64,000 bases of DNA. Source: an uncultured delta proteobacterium. Its GTDB lineage: Bacteria; Desulfobacterota; Desulfobacteria; Desulfobacterales; UBA2156. Location of the stretch: positions 608,001 through 672,000 of the forward strand of contig CAVTQK010000021.1 in the NCBI GenBank assembly GCA_963736855.1, read 5' to 3'. Shown piece by piece: positions 28,381 to 39,051 of this stretch. Within the stretch, counting starts at the first letter, position 1. Each line of letters starts with the position of its first letter. The notes under the pieces are model-generated. The model was given only the letters and a program-made list of their open reading frames with translations, did no database searches and was not told the origin of the DNA. Position numbers and translations under genes: made by a program.

Positions 28381-29706
28381 CTATTTGTTGGCCTGCTCGA
28401 ATTTTTCCAACAGTCTGTTCCCCTCGGCCACGGCATCATCGAGTCCCTGCTTGGCGCTCTTCTTCCCGACAAATATGGCTTCCAGTTCGCCGTCGATAAT
28501 ATCTCGCACCTGAGCATGGTTTCCGAACCGCAGTCCCTTGGAATTTTCTGTAGGAGCATTTAGAGTCATCTGTTTCAGGGCGGTTTCCATACCGGGATTT
28601 TTCTCGTAAAAGCCTTGATTTTTCGTCAATTCATAGGCCGCCAGGGTGATGGGGAGATACCCCGTGAACTGGTGCCAATCCGCTTGAACTTCGGGTTTGG
28701 ACAGATAATTAAAGAAGGCGGCCACCCCTTTGTATTCTTCAGGTTTATGTCCGGTCATCACCCACAGGCAGGCGCCGCCGATGATGGTGTTTTGAGGAGC
28801 CCCTTTGACATCCGGCCAGTAGGGAAGCGTGCTCGTCCCGAATTCAAACTTGCTGGTGCTTTTAAAACCGGCATATCCGGCCGACGACTCCGTATACATG
28901 GCAACCTCTCCGGAAGAAAATTTTGCATTTCCAAGATTCGCCCTGCCGCCATAAACGAAGATGTTGTCCTTCTGCCATTCCGAAAGTTTCTCGACGTGCT
29001 TGACATGAAGGGGGCTGTTGAAAGCGTAACGGGCATCCATTCCCCCGAAACCGTTGGATTTGGTTCCAAGAGGGATGTTATGCCAGGCACTGAGGTTTTC
29101 CACGTGGATCCATGAGATCCAGGCAGTGGAAAACCCTGACTTGCAGACCCCGGCTTTGACGAGTTTCTTGGCGGCGTCCTCCATCTCGGGCCAGGTTTTT
29201 GGGGGTTTGTTCGGATCGAGTCCGGCCTTCTTGAACATATCAATATTATAATATAAAATCGGGGTGCTGCTGTTGAAAGGCATAGAGAGCATTTTGCCGT
29301 CCGCCGTGGTATAATATCCGGTTACCGCCGGCAAATAGGCCTTCGGATCGAAGGGCAGACCCGATTCGGCCATGACCTCATAAACCGGCTTTATGGCTCC
29401 TTTAGCAGCCATCATGGTGGCCGTGCCGACTTCGAAGACTTGCAGGACATGGGGTGGGTTCTTCGACCGGAAGGCCGCGATCCCTGCGGTCATGGTATCA
29501 GCGTAATTGCCCTTGTAAGTACCGATCACCTTATAAGCGGTCTGGGACTTATTGAAATCTTCAACGTAACCGCTGAGTTTTTCGCCGAGTTTGCCCCCTA
29601 ATGCATGCCACAAATTAATTGCGACGGGTTCGGCAAAAACTGAAAAGGGGAAGAACACCAGAACTGCGATCACCCATGCCAATTTAAATTTTTTCAAAGC
29701 GACCAT
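28381..29706 (-). CDS. ugpB: G3P-binding periplasmic protein
   Basis: QVFEVGTATMMAA, SMPFNSSTP, APQNTIIGGA and SKGLRFGN. AAGGAGG RBS before ATG 29706. Confidence 0.93.
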   Translation of the reverse strand: MVALKKFKLAWVIAVLVFFPFSVFAEPVAINLWHALGGKLGEKLSGYVEDFNKSQTAYKVIGTYKGNYADTMTAGIAAFRSKNPPHVLQVFEVGTATMMAAKGAIKPVYEVMAESGLPFDPKAYLPAVTGYYTTADGKMLSMPFNSSTPILYYNIDMFKKAGLDPNKPPKTWPEMEDAAKKLVKAGVCKSGFSTAWISWIHVENLSAWHNIPLGTKSNGFGGMDARYAFNSPLHVKHVEKLSEWQKDNIFVYGGRANLGNAKFSSGEVAMYTESSAGYAGFKSTSKFEFGTSTLPYWPDVKGAPQNTIIGGACLWVMTGHKPEEYKGVAAFFNYLSKPEVQADWHQFTGYLPITLAAYELTKNQGFYEKNPGMETALKQMTLNAPTENSKGLRFGNHAQVRDIIDGELEAIFVGKKSAKQGLDDAVAEGNRLLEKFEQANK

Positions 29707-30056
29707 AGAGCCTCCTTTCACATTATCCATTGTTTCGTTTTCATGTTTGGAGTTTCCGGAACCTACCCGTACGGAGGTTAAAACCGTATTAAGATCAATT
29801 GAGGAAATGATTCGGTTTACCTTGGATCCAACATTTGTCTTTTAACCTGAGAAACATAAACAGGTGATTATTCCCTATCAAAAAGCGCTTTCCGGGTCAA
29901 TGAAACCTTTTTCCCCGTTTCCAGCACCTTTCTTCAGGATGTAGTTTGACGCGGGTATGTTTGGAGGCGTTTTCGCGCCACCCCGATCGGCAGCAAGACG
30001 GTGAGGAAATGGCGGTGTGCAGATACCAGATTGGAATAGTCGATCAATAATAGGAA

Positions 30057-30137
30057 GGCGGCCCGTTTTGAACTTTAGCTATAGCGTTGGGATCCTGGAG
30101 GGAGGATTGTTTTCGCTTAAAGCTGAATCGGGCCGCC
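30057..30137 (-). ncRNA. Candidate small RNA hairpin with a CCUCCCUCC loop
   Basis: 9-bp perfect GC stem GGCGGCCCG/CGGGCCGCC plus extended pairing around an anti-SD-like loop, in an intergenic region. Confidence 0.3.
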
Positions 30138-30327
30138 CACATCAAACTGCCAAGAGATACGGCAAGTCTATTATCGGAATTTGCTTAACCTGTTCTTTAA
30201 AAATTAGGACTTTAAAATCATATTCGATATTATTTGTCAATATTTTCTTTAAAAGATATTCATGTTTATTTTTTTATTCTATTTAAAACCATAAATTACT
30301 ATAAATAACTTTTTTTTGAATAAATTA

Positions 30328-30519
30328 TGATGGCTTCGTAAAAAGGTTTTATGAGCGCCATCCAAGTCTTTTCGGAAAAAGAGAGGCAAAGGGTTGAGCG
30401 TTAAAAATCTCAAGCTGTTTGAGGCATTTGTGCCGAGTTCTTGAGATTTAGCGAAACCCTTTGGATCTTCCGAAAAGACTTGCGGCGTGAGAAAAATAGG
30501 CCTTTTTACGATTTCATCA
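30328..30519. mobile_element. MITE-like element, same TIR family as 1393-1547, ATTA target duplication
   Basis: TGATGGCTTCGTAAAAAGG ... CCTTTTTACGATTTCATCA, with ATTA at 30324-30327 and 30520-30523. Confidence 0.75.
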
Positions 30520-30567
30520 ATTATGGATATCAGGTTTAATTTCCTCAAGGAAAAAGCAAAGCTTGGG

Positions 30568-31788
30568 CTATCGTGTAAGAGGATTGTCGCTTTTGGAAAT
30601 AAATGCTGAAAGAAAGCCACCGCTTGCGATCAAAAGACCCACGACGCCAAATGCGATTTCAAAAGAAGCGACCTCTCCTAGGGTGCCGATCAGAGTCGGA
30701 ATAATCCCTCCCCCGGTTAAGATTGCTATCGGAACTGTCATGGAAATAACCACGTTCCGGAGATCCGGGGGGCTATTCAGAGAAAGCACCGCAAAACCCG
30801 CGGGGAAAAAGCATACCGCGATGACGGGTTGTAGAAAAATCAGCAAAACCATGTAAGAGCAGGGTGCCAGACCGATGAGCATCGTTGTTGCTCCGCTGAG
30901 AATAAAGACCGTAATCATAATGCGTTTTGGCCCCAGCCGGTCCGTCAGCCACCCGCCCCAAAATACCACAACAGCGCCGGCGATCCGGGACATAGAAACC
31001 AACAAGTTCGCCGCGCTTCTTTCGAAACCATGGGAGCTGACTAGAAAAACCGGAAGCATTGCAAAAAGCCCCATGGTACCGCTGATGCCGAGCCCGAAAA
31101 GCAAAACCATCAGCCAAAAAGAGGGTTTCGAGAGGATCGTCTTAAGAGAAGAAAAGTTCGGGGGGTTGCCACAAAAATCACCGCCGCGGCCGAATTTCAA
31201 AAAGAGGCCCATCTGCACCAGAGACGTCAGGCCTAAAATAAAAAAAACTCCCCGCCACGAAAAGTACCTCATCACGGCTTCAGAAATAAAAGGGGCGGCT
31301 ACAAAGCCGATATTGGGGGCCAATTCATGGATGGCAATCGCCTTTCCCCAATGTCGGCTATGGAATGTGGAAGTTATCATCACGATGGCGGAAGGAAGGT
31401 AAAGCCCTGCTCCCAACCCGATAAAAAACAGGGCGATGCGGGTCCCGTCAAAACCCAAGCTTATGGAAGTTCCGATAAGGGCTACACCTACCGCGCTCCC
31501 GGAGACCAAAACAGTCTGCCGGTGGGAAAACCTCGCCGAAAAAAAGCTCGAACCTAGAAGTGAAACAAAGTATCCTGAAGAAATGAACAAGAAAAGGGAG
31601 CCGGCCTGGGAATGGCTTATGTCCAAGTCTGCTTCGACGTCCGGAAGCAGGGGGGACAGAACAATTCTGGCCATGAAATTGATAAAAAAAATCGAGGTCA
31701 GCAGGAATAGAAAACCGATGCGCGCATAAAAACGTTCAGACGGCTCGTCTTGTGCAACATTTATGGAATCTTTTCTATGCATCGGCAA
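30568..31788 (-). CDS. MFS transporter
   Basis: 406 aa, about 12 TM segments, GWLTDRLGPKR motif A. Confidence 0.88.
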   Translation of the reverse strand: MPMHRKDSINVAQDEPSERFYARIGFLFLLTSIFFINFMARIVLSPLLPDVEADLDISHSQAGSLFLFISSGYFVSLLGSSFFSARFSHRQTVLVSGSAVGVALIGTSISLGFDGTRIALFFIGLGAGLYLPSAIVMITSTFHSRHWGKAIAIHELAPNIGFVAAPFISEAVMRYFSWRGVFFILGLTSLVQMGLFLKFGRGGDFCGNPPNFSSLKTILSKPSFWLMVLLFGLGISGTMGLFAMLPVFLVSSHGFERSAANLLVSMSRIAGAVVVFWGGWLTDRLGPKRIMITVFILSGATTMLIGLAPCSYMVLLIFLQPVIAVCFFPAGFAVLSLNSPPDLRNVVISMTVPIAILTGGGIIPTLIGTLGEVASFEIAFGVVGLLIASGGFLSAFISKSDNPLTR

Positions 31789-31890
31789 TCAATCTATTTT
31801 CCTTGCCGATCCCGTTTTCGATCACCTGGATCGGATTCACTATTGATGTTCGAAGTGAATGGCCGGGAAAGGTGCCCGACGTGCCACGGG

Positions 31891-32766
31891 TCAGTCAGCG
31901 GGTGGAATCAGCAGTGTCGGAAAAATCGATTTGACCGCCAGTGCCATAGGAATGGTGCCGATGAGTCGTTCCTTCCAGGAGGCTTGGGTCGAAGATCCCA
32001 CGACAATCAGGGTGGACCGGCATTCACAGGCTGCTTTTTCGATCTCTTCGACAGGTTTTCCGGCATAAACATGCGGAACGGCAGAGATGCCGTCTTTTTC
32101 AAATTGCTCACAGACTTCTTCCAATCGGCTGCGGGATTCCTTGCGCGCTTTTTGGACGGTCATACCCGATAAGCTCTTGAGGCTTTTTTCTTCGATCACA
32201 TGCATGACGTGGATTTCGGAAATGATTCCCTTGAGTGCTTTGAGATAAAGCATCAATCGCTGGCTTGCCGGCGACCAATCTATAGCCAAGAGGGGGCGCT
32301 CAAACGGCCGTTCTGCTTGTTGAGGGTCCTGGTGGAGGTATTTATAAACCAGCACCGGCGTTTTTGACCTGCGGATGATTTCCACGACATCGGATCCCGA
32401 ATAGATCTGTTCCAGCATCCCCTGCCGGGGTCTGCCAATGACGATCAAATCCACTTTTTCCTTTTCGCAAGTGGTGATAACCTGATTGACCAGGTTTCCT
32501 ACTGTGATATAGGCGCCAACTTCCAAACCAATCTCGAAAAGATGTTCGGCCCAATCGATGAACCGAATATTGGCCATTTCTCTGAGCTTGACCTCTTCGT
32601 CCTTTCGGTAGCCTGTTCCACGGTGCAAGGCGACCTTTTCCCGCTCAATGACATTGAGGAGAACGATGTGAGCCAGTCCTGCCTGCCTGAGATCCAGCAA
32701 AGATTGCAGGGCATCGAACCATAGCTGCTCAAATTTGGTGACAAATAGAAGTTTTTTGATATTCAT
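31891..32766 (-). CDS. Universal stress protein (tandem USP domains)
   Basis: DLIVIGR..GSDVVEIIR..PVLV; second domain LIVVGS..PTLLIP. GAGGAG RBS. Confidence 0.88.
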   Translation of the reverse strand: MNIKKLLFVTKFEQLWFDALQSLLDLRQAGLAHIVLLNVIEREKVALHRGTGYRKDEEVKLREMANIRFIDWAEHLFEIGLEVGAYITVGNLVNQVITTCEKEKVDLIVIGRPRQGMLEQIYSGSDVVEIIRRSKTPVLVYKYLHQDPQQAERPFERPLLAIDWSPASQRLMLYLKALKGIISEIHVMHVIEEKSLKSLSGMTVQKARKESRSRLEEVCEQFEKDGISAVPHVYAGKPVEEIEKAACECRSTLIVVGSSTQASWKERLIGTIPMALAVKSIFPTLLIPPAD

Positions 32767-32927
32767 ATCACACTCCTCAGCACTTCGGGCAAACACATTT
32801 TTGTAATAAAATTTAAACGTTATGGCATTCTACCGTTCAATTCAGGAACTCATGTCCAATATCTGCATTCTGAACGCCTTTGAATAGTTGTATATCTGCT
32901 TAGCCGTCACCTTACCGCATAGCAATT

Positions 32928-33320
32928 TCAACCGATCAGCTTCCGAACCGCCTGCGCAAGTTCTTCGGCTTCAACCGGCTTTTCGAGATACACCTCAGGC
33001 TCCGGAACTTGTTCTCCTCCAAATTCGGTTAAGGCTTTCTGGGACTTCAGGAAAGATTTTTTGGCAATTCCTGAAAGAATGATGACGCGTGTCTTTTCTA
33101 TGGTCTTGTCCGTCTTAAGCTCCCGGTAGAGACGGATTCCACTTTGTTTGGGCATCAGTACATCCAAGATCACCAGTTCCGGCTTTTCTTCCCTGATCTT
33201 TTTCAGCCCTTCTTCCCCGTTTTGCGCGGTGATCGCCGTATATCCGTTTTCCTCAAGAATGGAGACAGTAAATGTTATAATATCCGGGTCATCATCTACT
33301 ACCAAAATCTTTTTGCTCAT
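32928..33320 (-). CDS. Single-domain response regulator
   Basis: KKILVVDDD, ILDVLMP and YLEKPV. Confidence 0.92.
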   Translation of the reverse strand: MSKKILVVDDDPDIITFTVSILEENGYTAITAQNGEEGLKKIREEKPELVILDVLMPKQSGIRLYRELKTDKTIEKTRVIILSGIAKKSFLKSQKALTEFGGEQVPEPEVYLEKPVEAEELAQAVRKLIG

Positions 33321-33497
33321 GTCGGTTCCTCTTGAAGTAATTGAAATCTTTCACCCTTAAAAACACAATTTCACCAGAAGAAAAAAATCGCTTCAAACCT
33401 GAATCGTTGCGGTAAGGAATTGCTTGATTCTCACCTTAAGAAAAACCCTCCTCTTACTCCAAAGAAACATGATGGATGCTCTGTTCAGAATTCTGAA

Positions 33498-35018
33498 CTA
33501 GACAGGTTTGTCCTTGAAAGGGATCCTTAGAGTAAAAATCGTCCCTTCGCCCAATTCGGAAGAGAAAGAAATGCTCCCGCCATGTTCTCTTACAAGCTTA
33601 CTCGTAACCAAAAGTCCCAGGCCCGTCCCTTTCGGACCTTTGGTACTGAAAAACGAGGAGAACGATTTTTGTTGGACTTCATCGTCCATCCCACAACCGT
33701 TATCTTCGACTTCGAATCTAATCCAATTGCCCGCTTCCCGTTTTGACGCAAGCCTGACCCTAAATGATTTTTCGGTATTTTCATCAAATAAACAGGCATC
33801 GATGGCATTGGTCATCAAATTCAGCAGGCAGCGGTGAAGAATCCGCTGGTCCATGAAAACATCGCCGATGGATGGATCGAATTCCTTGAGTATGGCAATG
33901 CTATTTTCGTCGGCAAGATCTTTGAGAAGTTCACAGACGTCATCGGCAATCTTATTGGGTGCGCATTTTGCGTATTCGGGTTCTCTTTCTTTGGAATAGG
34001 TGAGGAGATCCAAAACCAGGTCAGAGGTTCGCCCGATGTTTCTTTCGATCATCTTCCAACCATTTTTTAACTTCTCTGAGTCATTTTTGTCAAGACCGAG
34101 ATCGACGAGATAGCTTCCACCCTTAAAACCATGTAAAATATTCTTGATGCAGTGGGCCATTCCCGCCACTGTCTGTCCGATGGCCGCCAATCTTTCAGAT
34201 TGGACTAGTTCCCTTTCCAGACGTTTGATCTCCCTTAAATCGTGGAAGAATGCGACACTTCCCATCACCTTTCTTTTCTCCCTCAAGATCTTCCATGAAA
34301 AGCGAACCGGGATGATTTCCCCATCTTTGGAGTGCAGAATCGTTTCGGTCCATGGCAACTTATCTTTAATCTGCGCATCTCCGTTGTCGCAGTACAGAAG
34401 CTGTTTGATCTCCGAAGAAAAGAGATCTCGAATGTCCTTCTGCCGGATGACCTCCGAACGAGTATAACCGAAGATCTGTTCGGCCGAAGGATTAAAGATG
34501 ACAATTTTCCGGTCATTGTCGGCGGCAACAATACCGTCGTTGGAGCTGATGATAAGTTTTTCCTGGAAATTCGATTTGCGTTTGACTTCCTCCGTGGCAA
34601 TCAATACCATGTTTTCAAGATCATATGTGTACGCCCTGAGTTGCTTCCGAATGGTCATTTTTTCCTTGGCCCGCCTCAGGGCCACGGAAAGCGCTTCATC
34701 TTTGACCGGTTTGTTTATGAAGTCCGAAGCCCCGTGTTGGAGGGCATCAATGGCGGAGTCGATGTCTCCGTGACCTGTGATGATGATCACCTCCGTGTCC
34801 GGATTCATCGCCTTGATTTTCTTTAAGAGGGTCAGGCCATCGATGCCCGGCATTTTTATGTCCGTGAGGACGATATCCGGCATGATCGACTGATATTTCT
34901 CAAATCCCTCTTCACCGCTCAATGCTCCGATCACATCATAGCCGTCGAGCTTCAGGGACATGCTCAATACCCGGACATTGGCTTCTTCATCATCGACGAC
35001 CAATATCTTTTCCATCAC
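33498..35018 (-). CDS. Hybrid REC-PAS-histidine kinase
   Basis: REC (LVVDDE, TDIKMP), PAS, H-box AHCIKN, N-box NLMTNA, FSTKG.KGTGLGL. Confidence 0.92.
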   Translation of the reverse strand: MMEKILVVDDEEANVRVLSMSLKLDGYDVIGALSGEEGFEKYQSIMPDIVLTDIKMPGIDGLTLLKKIKAMNPDTEVIIITGHGDIDSAIDALQHGASDFINKPVKDEALSVALRRAKEKMTIRKQLRAYTYDLENMVLIATEEVKRKSNFQEKLIISSNDGIVAADNDRKIVIFNPSAEQIFGYTRSEVIRQKDIRDLFSSEIKQLLYCDNGDAQIKDKLPWTETILHSKDGEIIPVRFSWKILREKRKVMGSVAFFHDLREIKRLERELVQSERLAAIGQTVAGMAHCIKNILHGFKGGSYLVDLGLDKNDSEKLKNGWKMIERNIGRTSDLVLDLLTYSKEREPEYAKCAPNKIADDVCELLKDLADENSIAILKEFDPSIGDVFMDQRILHRCLLNLMTNAIDACLFDENTEKSFRVRLASKREAGNWIRFEVEDNGCGMDDEVQQKSFSSFFSTKGPKGTGLGLLVTSKLVREHGGSISFSSELGEGTIFTLRIPFKDKPV

Positions 35019-35030
35019 GTGTTGCCACCT

Positions 35031-38000
35031 TCAGGATGCGACGGGGAACCGAAGCTCAAAGGTCGTTCCTTTACCCACTTCGCTGCGTACGCTGATCGTC
35101 CCATTGTAATCCTTCACGATGCCGTAGCTGATGCTCACTCCCAAACCGGTCCCCTTTCCTACCGCTTTTGTTGTAAAAAAGGGTTCGAAAATTTTGTCCA
35201 TGACCTCACGGGTCATACCCGTCCCCGTATCGCATACGGTCGCAACGACCGTATCCTTTTCGGTATATGAGCGGATGCACAACTTCTTTTGGATAGCTGC
35301 AGGGCTCACCCTTCTTTCTTGTTCATCCATCGCATCTAAGGCATTGGTCACCAAATTAATGAATACCTGTTCCAGACGGTTGCTCTCAGCCAAAATATCC
35401 GGCAAATGTGGAGCTAAGTCCAAAACAAGTTCCACGTGATGCATCTTGAGCTGATGTCCCATAACTTCAAAGACATCTCGGATCGGATCATTGATATTCA
35501 CCCGACTTTGAACACCTTCGGACATGCGGGAAAAATCCCTCATGTGTTTGATGATTCCCGAAGCCCGCTGAACATTTTGGCTGATATCGTCAGCTATGGA
35601 TCGGAGATCCTCGGCTTTCAAAGAAACCCCCTTGTTAAATGTTTTTAACAGGGTGTCCGCACACACTTGAAGGACATTTAAGGGTTGATTAATTTCATGG
35701 GCCATTCCGGCGGCCATAAACCCCAATGTCGTCATTTTACCGGCCTGAATGAGCTGCGCTTCCTTTTCCACGCTTTCCGATATATCGGCTGTTGAGGCGA
35801 TGAGCACATCCTTTTGGTTGTAATTCGATCGGCTGACGTGAATATTAACGAAAAACGGTGCTCCGCCTTTACGAAAATGCCGCTTTTTAGAAAGAAGGAC
35901 GGGGTTGCTATTTGAAATGGTCCTCAGCCCCCTGATGATTTCTTCGTCATCTTTTTCTCCGACATCTAAAAAAGACATCCCGAGAATTTCTTCCCGGTCG
36001 TATCCATAGCAATCCTGCGCGCGATCGTTCAAATCGAGAATTTCGAAATTGTCGCTATCGAGGATAAAAATGGGATTCGGATCATTATTGAAGAGGGAAC
36101 GGTACTTCTTTTCCGATTTTCGGTACTGTTCATAGAGTTGATAATTTTCCAAAGCCGCGCCGATGCGATTTCCGATCAGGCTCAGGATATTTTTTTGTTC
36201 GGTGGTGAAATTCTGTGAGGCTTTACTGCCGATCTGGATGACACCAAAAACCTGCCCATTTTTGTTGCTCAGGGGAATCAATGCAAGAGATTGGATTCCC
36301 GCGTTCAAGAAGCGCTGCATGCCCTTATATTTTTCGAAAATGATATTCTCGTAAATGACCACATGACTTTGCTTTATGGCCTGATATAAAAGCTCGGACA
36401 GATCCTGCCCATTCTCCTTCCCGTAAAAGATAGCTTCTTTCCCATAAAAATATTTCAAGACGAACCGACTGCCGGTTTCCTTGAGAAAAATACAGAAGCT
36501 GTCCACGGCAAGGTAGTTGAAAATCTCCGTCACCGTCTCCTTCAAGCTTTCTTCGAGTTTCAGCGAAGACCCTAAAGCGGTAGAAATGGCGGCAAGCGCC
36601 GCAAGCTGGCGATTATGCCGTTCACGATCTTCTTCGGCCTTTTTATCTTCGGTTTTATCCCACAGAGTCTCGATTGCACCGATGATCGTACCGTCCGGAG
36701 CTTTGATGGGGGCGGCCGTGAAATAACACCACTTGCCTCCATTTCCCAATTTCGGAAAAAATGCTTCCGCCTCGTAGGCATCTTGGATTAAAGCGGATTT
36801 CCGCCATTGAGTCCCATAAAGTTTCCGGATCTCTTCTTCGGAAATCTGATCTAATATGACATCCGCCATGGATGGCCTTTCCTGTTCCCAGAATGGCTCC
36901 CACTGACGATTGGTACCGATCATGGCTTCCGCTGGAAACCCGGAAAGCTTTCCCATGGCATGATTCCAATGGGTCACCCGGTGATCCCGATTAATGACAA
37001 AGGTTGGGATCGTACTTCCCTGGATGATTTGGGTCATGATCCGTTCACTCTCTAAGAGCTTTTCGGTTCGCAGGTCCAGCTCTTTTGTGTAGTGCTCTAG
37101 CTGCCTTTGGGCTCGCCTTTCCTCGGTTTTATCCCACAGAGCTTCAATGGCCCCAATGATGCTGCCGTCTGAATCCCGTATAGGGGCGGCCGTGAAAAAG
37201 AGCCACTTTCCTTCGTCTCCCAGATGATGAAAATACCCTTCGGTTTCAAAGGCCCCCTCGATGAGGGCCGATTTTCGCCATAGGGTGCTGTAATATTTGA
37301 AGACGTCCTCCTCTCTGATTTCATCAACGATCAAATCGGCCATGGTGTGGCGCTTCATGGATCGAAACGGCTTCCAGTGATCACTTGTTCCGACCATTCT
37401 CTTTGCAAGGTATCCGGTCAACTTCTCGCAGGCCCGGTTCCACTGGGTCACAACATGGTCTTTGTTGATCACAAAGGTCGGTACGGTGCTTGCCTCAACG
37501 ATCTGGCCCATCGCCTTTTCACCGGCTCTCAATGCGTGACAGACACGCCTCGATTCTACATGCCTTTCCCTGGCCACAGTGGATTCGGCATCGAGAAATT
37601 CCCAGAACATCCCGGCGATCGCTTCTGGATCCTTTTTTTTCAACCCCCGCCAATGCTGAATCTGAAGCCTCCTTTCCTCAATTCTCAAAAGGTCCAGGAT
37701 CAGCTGGGCTTCCAATCGATCGAGTAGCTTGAGCCCTGACGGCAGGATCTCCTCCAATGCCTTGAATGCCGACTCATCCCCTCTGAGATCCAAAAGAAGA
37801 TCCATTTCTTTAATCATTAATAGGTCTGAGGAATTTTTTACGATAAAAATATTTTTTTCTTTTGCGAAACGAATGCCTTCCCCATCATCATCCGGATCCG
37901 CCACTCCTACAATTTCCGGGCGGATGGAGTCCAGCGATAGTCTAAAGAGGATTTCTAGAAAGGACCGGCAAAGCCTTTTTCCACCGATGATTCCGATCCG

Positions 38001-38132
38001 AGAGCCGGGGAGCAAGGATCGAATCCGCATCATCGGATTTGTTGTGTCCGACATCGCTAATGGCTCTTGGGAAGGACCTGATAACTCGTCTTGAACCGGC
38101 TCCGGAAAAATTCCGTTTTGCGATTTTTTCAT
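35031..38132 (-). CDS. Cytoplasmic multi-sensor histidine kinase (Rossmann-like-PAS-PAS-GAF-PAS-HisKA-HATPase)
   Basis: AHEINQPL, NLVTNA and FFTTK..GKGTGLG. Two similar PAS repeats. Start uncertain (38132 or 38054). Confidence 0.9.
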   Translation of the reverse strand: MKKSQNGIFPEPVQDELSGPSQEPLAMSDTTNPMMRIRSLLPGSRIGIIGGKRLCRSFLEILFRLSLDSIRPEIVGVADPDDDGEGIRFAKEKNIFIVKNSSDLLMIKEMDLLLDLRGDESAFKALEEILPSGLKLLDRLEAQLILDLLRIEERRLQIQHWRGLKKKDPEAIAGMFWEFLDAESTVARERHVESRRVCHALRAGEKAMGQIVEASTVPTFVINKDHVVTQWNRACEKLTGYLAKRMVGTSDHWKPFRSMKRHTMADLIVDEIREEDVFKYYSTLWRKSALIEGAFETEGYFHHLGDEGKWLFFTAAPIRDSDGSIIGAIEALWDKTEERRAQRQLEHYTKELDLRTEKLLESERIMTQIIQGSTIPTFVINRDHRVTHWNHAMGKLSGFPAEAMIGTNRQWEPFWEQERPSMADVILDQISEEEIRKLYGTQWRKSALIQDAYEAEAFFPKLGNGGKWCYFTAAPIKAPDGTIIGAIETLWDKTEDKKAEEDRERHNRQLAALAAISTALGSSLKLEESLKETVTEIFNYLAVDSFCIFLKETGSRFVLKYFYGKEAIFYGKENGQDLSELLYQAIKQSHVVIYENIIFEKYKGMQRFLNAGIQSLALIPLSNKNGQVFGVIQIGSKASQNFTTEQKNILSLIGNRIGAALENYQLYEQYRKSEKKYRSLFNNDPNPIFILDSDNFEILDLNDRAQDCYGYDREEILGMSFLDVGEKDDEEIIRGLRTISNSNPVLLSKKRHFRKGGAPFFVNIHVSRSNYNQKDVLIASTADISESVEKEAQLIQAGKMTTLGFMAAGMAHEINQPLNVLQVCADTLLKTFNKGVSLKAEDLRSIADDISQNVQRASGIIKHMRDFSRMSEGVQSRVNINDPIRDVFEVMGHQLKMHHVELVLDLAPHLPDILAESNRLEQVFINLVTNALDAMDEQERRVSPAAIQKKLCIRSYTEKDTVVATVCDTGTGMTREVMDKIFEPFFTTKAVGKGTGLGVSISYGIVKDYNGTISVRSEVGKGTTFELRFPVAS

Positions 38133-38154
38133 CCTTAAATGTTCCGGTAATATT

Positions 38155-39042
38155 TCATGGTACCAAAAACACCGGCAATTCGGAAAGCTCGGCCACACGG
38201 TGGGAAACGCCTCCCAACCAGTATTGTTCCATCCAGTCCTTTCCCGTTTTGCCAATAATGATCAGGGTTGCTTCAGTCTCCCTCGAAATCCGAAGAATCT
38301 CAGGAACCGATTTGCCGATGGAAATGCGAATTTCCACCGGTATTGACTCGGCCTGCAACCGCCCGGAATAAGCATCGAGTCGACGCCGGCTTTCCTTCTC
38401 AATCTCTGCAACACGTGACGGATCAAGCCCTTTGATCAGCTTAGAATCCATGATGTGGGCGACGACGGCGCTCTTGACCAATCCCTTCAGAGCGGTGATG
38501 GCTGAAAGACCTCGCTCTGAAGGGGCAGACCAGTCTGTTGCAAGCAAGGGACGCTCGAAAATCCGGTTGTTCTTCCGGCATAGGACTCCTTCGCCGGATT
38601 CAAACTGCACCATATATTTTCCCATCAGAACCGGCACTTGGCTTCGACGAAGAATATCCAGGATGTGTGATCCGATATAAATTTTTTCAAAGGTCGTCCG
38701 CTTTTTTGCACCCGTCACGATAAGATCCACTTTTTCTTCTTCTGCGATTTTTAAAATGGAAGGGTTTAAGATGCCGGTTTTAATACGAATGGTGCTTCGG
38801 ATTCCGGCTGCGTGAATGGTTTTTTGCCAATCCTTAAAACGGCTCTTGGCCTCCAACTGAATCCGTTTTTCCACATCCTTTAAATACCCGCCGTAAGGGA
38901 CGAATCCGACATCTTCCCTGGGGATGATATAGACAAGGACCACTTCCTTCAGGCCGGCTCTTTTCAGGTGCAACAAGGCGTTCAGGGAATTAAATGCGTA
39001 TGCCCTGAACTGGGTGTGGAAAAGAATCTTCTCGAATTTCAT
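38155..39042 (-). CDS. Universal stress protein (tandem USP domains)
   Basis: DLIVTG..GSHILDILR and LLATDWS..LGGVSHRVAE..PVFLVP. Paralogue of 31891-32766. Confidence 0.9.
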   Translation of the reverse strand: MKFEKILFHTQFRAYAFNSLNALLHLKRAGLKEVVLVYIIPREDVGFVPYGGYLKDVEKRIQLEAKSRFKDWQKTIHAAGIRSTIRIKTGILNPSILKIAEEEKVDLIVTGAKKRTTFEKIYIGSHILDILRRSQVPVLMGKYMVQFESGEGVLCRKNNRIFERPLLATDWSAPSERGLSAITALKGLVKSAVVAHIMDSKLIKGLDPSRVAEIEKESRRRLDAYSGRLQAESIPVEIRISIGKSVPEILRISRETEATLIIIGKTGKDWMEQYWLGGVSHRVAELSELPVFLVP

Positions 39043-39051
39043 CTTCTCCTC

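Noticed and set aside
30017..30620. ORFs 30017-30286 and 30279-30620
   Set aside because: Low-complexity translations of the AT-rich spacer and MITE, with no RBS or domain signal.
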